Below, one piece after another: positions 59,480-64,000 of a stretch of DNA of 64,000 nucleotides (the stretch's first letter is position 1; each line of letters starts with the position of its first letter). This DNA is from an uncultured Acidobacteriota bacterium (GTDB taxonomy: Bacteria; Acidobacteriota; Vicinamibacteria; Vicinamibacterales; UBA2999), in contig OY970174.1 in the NCBI GenBank assembly GCA_963707795.1, forward strand, positions 1,179,359 through 1,243,358. The letters are read 5' to 3'. The notes under the pieces are model-generated. The model made no database searches. It saw only the letters and a program-made list of their open reading frames with translations, and was not told the origin of the DNA. A program made the position numbers and the translations under genes.

Positions 59480-61540
59480 ATGCGGATCGTTTTAGCGGAC
59501 CTCGGCCACAATCGCGTCACCAAGTCGTCGGACGTCTACCCGCTGGGGGTGGCGAACCTGGCGACCTACGCCGGTGCGCACGTGCGCGCCCGTCAGCCGC
59601 TGGCCATCAGCCTCGTGCGCGAGCCGCAGGACCTGAAGGCGGAGATCGACCGCGACCCGCCGGACGTGCTCGGGCTGAGCAGCTATTCGTGGAACCACGA
59701 GCTGTCCTATCACTTCGCCGAGTACGCCAAGGCGCGGCGCCCCGAGACGCTCACCCTGATGGGCGGGCCGAACTTTCCCCTGACCGTCGCCGAGCAGGAG
59801 AGCTACGTGCGCACGCTGCCGGCGATCGACGTGTCCGTGCGTGGGCCGACGTACGAGGGCGAGCGGGCGTTCGCCAACCTGATCCAGCGCTATGCCGACT
59901 GCGGGCAGTCCGTCGAGGGGCTGCAGGAGGAGGCGGTGCCCGGCAACATCTGGATCGACCGCACGACCGGCGCCTTCGTCAACGGCGGCGAGGTCCCGCG
60001 CATGCGCGATCTCGATGAGATTCCGTCGCCCTATCTCGCCGGGCTGCTCGACCCGTTCTTCGCCACCGGCTACTTTCCGATGATGCAGATCGCGCGCGGC
60101 TGCCCGTTCAGCTGCGAGTTCTGCAACTCGAGCGTCGTCTCCAACAACCGCGTGTTCAGCCACTCGCTGGAGAACGTGAAGGCCGATCTGCAGTACATCG
60201 CCGAGCACGTGCGGCCGGAGATTCCGCTGTGCTTCGCCGACGACAATTTCGGGATGTACACGCTGGACGAGGAGGTCGCCGACTTCATCGCCTACCTGCA
60301 GAAGACGCACAACTTTCCGCAGTACATCCGCACCACGACCGGCAAGAACAAGCACGAGCGCATCATCCGCGTGATGCGCAAGACCAACGGCGTCCTGCCG
60401 ATGACCTCGGCGGTGCAGTCGCTCAATCCGGTGGTGCTGGAGAACATCAAGCGCTCGAACATCAAGCTCGAGGCCTACACCGAGATCCAGAAGGCGCTGC
60501 TGGCGCAGGGGATGCAGTCGTACGGCGAGCTGATCCTGTGCATGCCGGGCGAGACCAAGGCGTCGTTCATGAAGTCGGTCGAGGACCTGCTCGATTCCGG
60601 TGTCAAGCGCATCTCGGCGCACCAGCTGATGCTGCTGCATGGCGCCCCGTTGAACAACCCGGAGACGCGGCAGAAGTGGCAGTTCAACACCCGCTTCCGC
60701 GTTGTCGCGCGCAACATCGGTGAGTACACCGGCGCGCCGATCGTCGAGGTCGAGGAGATCGTGGTCGAGACGCCGACCTTCAGCTTCGACGAGTATCTGG
60801 AGTCGCGCGTCTTTCACCTGCTGCTCACCATCTTCCACTACGAGGGGAACTACGACGAGCTGTTCGAGGCGGCGGCTCAGCTCGGCGTGAAGCCGTACCG
60901 GCTGATCGTGGCGATGACCGAGCGGCTCGACCGGGCGCCGGAGAAGTTCCGCGACGTGATCACCCGCTTCGTGGCGGAGAGCCGCGAGGAGCTGTTCGAC
61001 AGCAAGGAGGAGTGCATCGAGTGGGCCCAGCGCCATTACGAGGGGCTGGTCGACGGCTCGGTGGGCGGCAACCTGTTGAGCAAGTATTCGATGATCGGGC
61101 GATTCTACGTGCTGAAGGAGGGGCTCGACTTCCTCGAGCTGGCGCTGCGCGAGACGCTGGGTGCGTCGCTGACCGACAAGACGGCGGAGAAGCTGAGCGC
61201 GGTGTCGGAGTACCTCCGCGTCGTGCTGCTGCACGTCCCGTTCGCCGAGTCGCTCGACGAGGCGCCGGTCCTGCGCACGACCTACGACGTCGACCGCTGG
61301 CGCGCGGATCGCTATGAGCGGCCGCTCGAGGCCTACCGCTTCGCCGAGCCGCGCACCTTCGCGACGCACGTCTCGCCGGAGACCCGTGCCCGGATCATGG
61401 CGCGGGTGACGACGTTCGGCGAACACCCGGCCGGGCTCGGCAAGTTCACGCGGACGATGTTTGCGCAGGACCTCCGCCGGGTGCTGGAGGGCCGCGCGGC
61501 GGACTCCGCCCAGCCGCTGGAAGTGGGCGTGCAGCCATGA
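59480..61540 (+). CDS. B12-binding-domain radical SAM enzyme (class B rSAM, candidate methyltransferase) with ~250-aa C-terminal extension
   Basis: ATG 59480 follows SD ggaggaag. The N-terminal region resembles a cobalamin-binding Rossmann-like domain (VLGLSSYSWN...). The radical SAM cluster motif is ARGCPFSCEFC (CxxxCxxC). The C-terminal third is unassigned. Confidence 0.85.
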   Translation: MRIVLADLGHNRVTKSSDVYPLGVANLATYAGAHVRARQPLAISLVREPQDLKAEIDRDPPDVLGLSSYSWNHELSYHFAEYAKARRPETLTLMGGPNFPLTVAEQESYVRTLPAIDVSVRGPTYEGERAFANLIQRYADCGQSVEGLQEEAVPGNIWIDRTTGAFVNGGEVPRMRDLDEIPSPYLAGLLDPFFATGYFPMMQIARGCPFSCEFCNSSVVSNNRVFSHSLENVKADLQYIAEHVRPEIPLCFADDNFGMYTLDEEVADFIAYLQKTHNFPQYIRTTTGKNKHERIIRVMRKTNGVLPMTSAVQSLNPVVLENIKRSNIKLEAYTEIQKALLAQGMQSYGELILCMPGETKASFMKSVEDLLDSGVKRISAHQLMLLHGAPLNNPETRQKWQFNTRFRVVARNIGEYTGAPIVEVEEIVVETPTFSFDEYLESRVFHLLLTIFHYEGNYDELFEAAAQLGVKPYRLIVAMTERLDRAPEKFRDVITRFVAESREELFDSKEECIEWAQRHYEGLVDGSVGGNLLSKYSMIGRFYVLKEGLDFLELALRETLGASLTDKTAEKLSAVSEYLRVVLLHVPFAESLDEAPVLRTTYDVDRWRADRYERPLEAYRFAEPRTFATHVSPETRARIMARVTTFGEHPAGLGKFTRTMFAQDLRRVLEGRAADSAQPLEVGVQP

Positions 61541-62343
61541 CCGCGGTGCCGCGACCGCCCGACGTCTCGATCATCGTGCCGTGCTACAACGAGGAGGCGA
61601 TCCTCGCCTACACGCTGCAGCGCCTGCACGCCGCCTTCGACAAGGCGGGCTACGCCGTGGAACTGGTCGCCGTGGACAATGGCTCGCACGATCGCACCGG
61701 GGAGATCATCCACGAGCTGGCCGCGCGTCTGCCCGGGATCGTCGGACACCGGGTCGAGGTGAATCAAGGCTACGGATTCGGGGTCCTCAGCGGCATTCCC
61801 CGGTGCACGGCGCCCTGGATCGGCATGATTCCCGCCGATGGACAGGTGGACGCCGAGGACGTGGTGCGCCTCTATGAGACCGTCCTCGCCAGCGACGGCA
61901 ACGTGCTGGCCAAGGTGCGGCGCCGGTTTCGTATGGACGGGCTCTATCGCAAGCTGGTCTCCACCTCCTACAACGTGCTGGTGCGGATCCTGTTCCCGAC
62001 GCTGCAATCGATCGACATCAACGGCACGCCCAAACTCCTGCCGGCGGAGGTGCTGCGGGCCATGGACCTGCAATCGAAGGGGTGGGTGCTCGATCCGGAG
62101 ATCATGATCAAGGCCCACTACATGGGGCTGCGCGTCGTCGAGCTGAACGTGTTCTCGCGCTTGCGCGGCAACGGCGTCTCGCACATCCGGGTGGAGACGT
62201 GCTGGGAGTTCCTGCGCCACGTGCTGACGTTCCGCTTTTCGCCGACGTGGAAGGCGCAGTACCGGCAGCTGGCGGCGCGCCGGGTGTCGCGCCCGGGCAG
62301 CGCCCCGGTCGGCAAGCCGATGCCGACGGGGCCGCAGTCCTAG
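61537..62343 (+). CDS. GT2 polyprenyl-phosphate glycosyltransferase (Dpm1/ArnC/GtrB-like)
   Basis: 268 aa with VSIIVPCYNEEAIL, LVAVDNGSHDRTGEII, IPADGQ, FRMDGLYRKLVS and PKLLP. The short single-domain form is typical of polyprenol-P sugar synthases. Confidence 0.75.
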   Translation: MTAVPRPPDVSIIVPCYNEEAILAYTLQRLHAAFDKAGYAVELVAVDNGSHDRTGEIIHELAARLPGIVGHRVEVNQGYGFGVLSGIPRCTAPWIGMIPADGQVDAEDVVRLYETVLASDGNVLAKVRRRFRMDGLYRKLVSTSYNVLVRILFPTLQSIDINGTPKLLPAEVLRAMDLQSKGWVLDPEIMIKAHYMGLRVVELNVFSRLRGNGVSHIRVETCWEFLRHVLTFRFSPTWKAQYRQLAARRVSRPGSAPVGKPMPTGPQS

Positions 62344-62363
62344 ATGATGGCCGTGCCCGGGAT

Positions 62364-63614
62364 GTGCCGGTGAGCGCCTCGCAACGGACCGCCTGCCGCG
62401 CCTGCGGCAGTGAGACGCTGACGCCGTTCCTGACCCTCGGGCCGACGCCCCTGGCCAACGCATTCCTGGCGGCGCCCGAGCAGTTCGCCGACGAGCGGCG
62501 CTATCCGCTCGACGTCTACTTCTGCCGCACCTGTTCGTTGGTGCAGCTCGCCGATGTCGTGGACCCGCACGTGCTGTTCGGCACCTATCTCTACGTCACC
62601 GGCACCTCCGACACGATCGTGGCGCACAATCGCGGCTACGCGCACACCGTGGTGGAGCGCCTGTCGCTCGGCGCCGGCGACCTGGTGGTCGAGGTGGCGA
62701 GCAACAACGGCCATCTGCTGCAGTGCTTCCAGCCGTTCGGGGTCCGCGTTCTCGGCGTCGAGCCGGCGGCAAACATCGCGCAGATGGCGGAGGCGGCGGG
62801 CGTGCCGACCGTCAACCGGTTCTTCAACGCCGCGGCGGCGCGCGAGCTGGTGGCGGCGCATGGCCCGGCCCGGGCCGTCATCGGCAACAACGTCCTCGCG
62901 CACGTGGACGACCCGCAGGATTTTCTCCGCGGCTGCGCCACGCTGCTCGCAGCGGACGGCGCGGTCGTCATCGAGGTCCCGTACCTGCGCGAGTTTCTCG
63001 ACGCGGTCGAGTTCGACACCGTCTACCACGAGCACCTGTGCTATTTCTCCGTCACGTCGCTGATGCGGTTGTGCGACGCCGCCGGGCTGGCGATCGCGGG
63101 CATCGACCGCGTGGCGGTGCACGGCGGCTCGATCCGCATGTATGCGCGCCGGAGCGAGGGCGCGGGGGACCATGCGGCCACGGTGCTGCGCCTGGTGGAC
63201 GAGGAGGCGGCGGCCGGCCTGCACGACCTGGACACCTACCAGCAGTTCGCCGCCCGTGTGGAAGCGACGCGGGCGCAACTGGTCGCCCTGCTCGAGCGCC
63301 TGCGCGGCGAGGGCAAGTCGGTGGCCGCCTACGGGGCGCCGGCCAAGGGCAATACGCTGTTGAACTACTGCGGCATCGATACGCGGCTGATCGAGTACAC
63401 GGTGGACAAGAACCCGTTGAAGGTCGGGCTGTACACGCCCGGGGCGCACCTCCCGGTGCTGCCGGTGTCCACCTTGCTCGAGCGGCAGCCCGATTACGTG
63501 CTCATCCTGGCGTGGAACTTCGCCGACGAGATCATGCGCCAGCAGGACGAGTATCGCGCCCGCGGCGGGCGCTTCATCCTGCCCATCCCGGAGCCGAGGA
63601 TCGCCGCGTCATGA
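62364..63614 (+). CDS. NDP-hexose C-methyltransferase (TylCIII-like; Zn-ribbon, SAM-MT and C-methyltransferase C-terminal domains)
   Basis: In-frame GTG 62364 or 62370 within ORF 62082..63614. Contains CRACGSETLTPFLTLGPTPLANAF...YFCRTCSLVQL (Zn ribbon), VVEVASNNGHLL and AYGAPAKGNTLLNYCGI. Confidence 0.82.
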   Translation: MPVSASQRTACRACGSETLTPFLTLGPTPLANAFLAAPEQFADERRYPLDVYFCRTCSLVQLADVVDPHVLFGTYLYVTGTSDTIVAHNRGYAHTVVERLSLGAGDLVVEVASNNGHLLQCFQPFGVRVLGVEPAANIAQMAEAAGVPTVNRFFNAAAARELVAAHGPARAVIGNNVLAHVDDPQDFLRGCATLLAADGAVVIEVPYLREFLDAVEFDTVYHEHLCYFSVTSLMRLCDAAGLAIAGIDRVAVHGGSIRMYARRSEGAGDHAATVLRLVDEEAAAGLHDLDTYQQFAARVEATRAQLVALLERLRGEGKSVAAYGAPAKGNTLLNYCGIDTRLIEYTVDKNPLKVGLYTPGAHLPVLPVSTLLERQPDYVLILAWNFADEIMRQQDEYRARGGRFILPIPEPRIAAS

Positions 63615-64000
63615 AGGTGGTCATCCTCGCCGGCGGCCTGGGGACGCGGTTCTCCGAGGAGACCACCCTGCGGCCCAAGCCGATGATCGAGATCGGCGGC
63701 AAGCCGATGCTGTGGCACATCATGCAGATCTACGCCGGCCATGGCTACAAGGACTTTCTCGTCGCCTGCGGTTACCGCGGGGAGCAGATCAAGGAGTATT
63801 TCCAGAACTTCGCCTTCCGCTCCAGCGACTGCTTCGTCGACCTGCAGAGCGGCTCGTACGACGTGGTCAACCGCCACGCCGCGGACTGGCGGGTGGGCCT
63901 CATCGACACCGGGCTCAACACGATGACCGGCGGCCGGCTGCTGCGGCTGCGCGAGTGGCTGAAGGAGGCGACGTTCATGGTCACCTACGGCGATGGCGTC
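63611..64000 (+). CDS. rfbF: Glucose-1-phosphate cytidylyltransferase (CDP-glucose synthase), 3' end beyond the window
   Basis: ATG 63611 makes an ATGA overlap with the upstream stop. My translation reads MKVVILAGGLGTRFSEETTLRPKPMIEIGGKPMLWHIMQIYAGHGYKDFLVACGYRGEQIKEYF...TGGRL...VTYGDGV. Confidence 0.9.
   Translation, partial: MKVVILAGGLGTRFSEETTLRPKPMIEIGGKPMLWHIMQIYAGHGYKDFLVACGYRGEQIKEYFQNFAFRSSDCFVDLQSGSYDVVNRHAADWRVGLIDTGLNTMTGGRLLRLREWLKEATFMVTYGDGV

Noticed and set aside
59492-61426. 644-aa minus-strand ORF
   Set aside because: It is antisense to the radical SAM gene, which has the CxxxCxxC motif and an SD-preceded ATG.

Overview
High-GC (roughly 70% by eye, not computed) bacterial chromosomal segment. 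The gene content (ADOP-type duplicated orphan permease, PEGA-domain kinase-like protein, BshC, many TPR and glycosyltransferase genes) suggests Acidobacteriota or a close relative; this is inference. Layout: 1-20.3 kb holds housekeeping genes (XdhC-like, PBP1A, bshC, kinase-like/PEGA, carA-carB, comEC, mazG, DUF1844, MBL hydrolase, ribF, cysS, class-III aminotransferase, yraN). 20.37-20.77 kb holds tRNA-Gly(GCC) and tRNA-Cys(GCA). 20.9-29.7 kb holds mixed accessory genes (GT-C membrane glycosyltransferase, ADOP permease, creatininase-family protein, beta-lactamase-like/RidA fusion, 2OG-Fe(II) oxygenase, NUDIX). 29.7-64 kb, running off the window, is one very large glycan-assembly locus: 7 GT2, 5 GT4 and 2 more GT-C enzymes, a Wzm/Wzt ABC exporter, an LtaS-like transferase, GDPD, SGNH hydrolase, NodB deacetylase, coiled-coil/methyltransferase fusions, a B12-radical-SAM enzyme, a sugar C-methyltransferase and CDP-glucose synthase. 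The most interesting signal is that this locus has the hallmarks of a terminator-coupled ABC-transporter pathway (Wzt with a C-terminal binding-type domain plus WbdD-like coiled-coil methyltransferases), but in a tandemly triplicated, domain-shuffled form. No rRNA, CRISPR array, transposase, integrase or phage gene was recognised. At least 12 single-base frameshifts interrupt otherwise clear genes (4 in cysS alone), so the sequence is either indel-error-prone or carries pseudogenes. Many of the longest ORFs in the track are antisense artefacts of high GC. All family calls rest on motifs I read in the translations; no database search was run.
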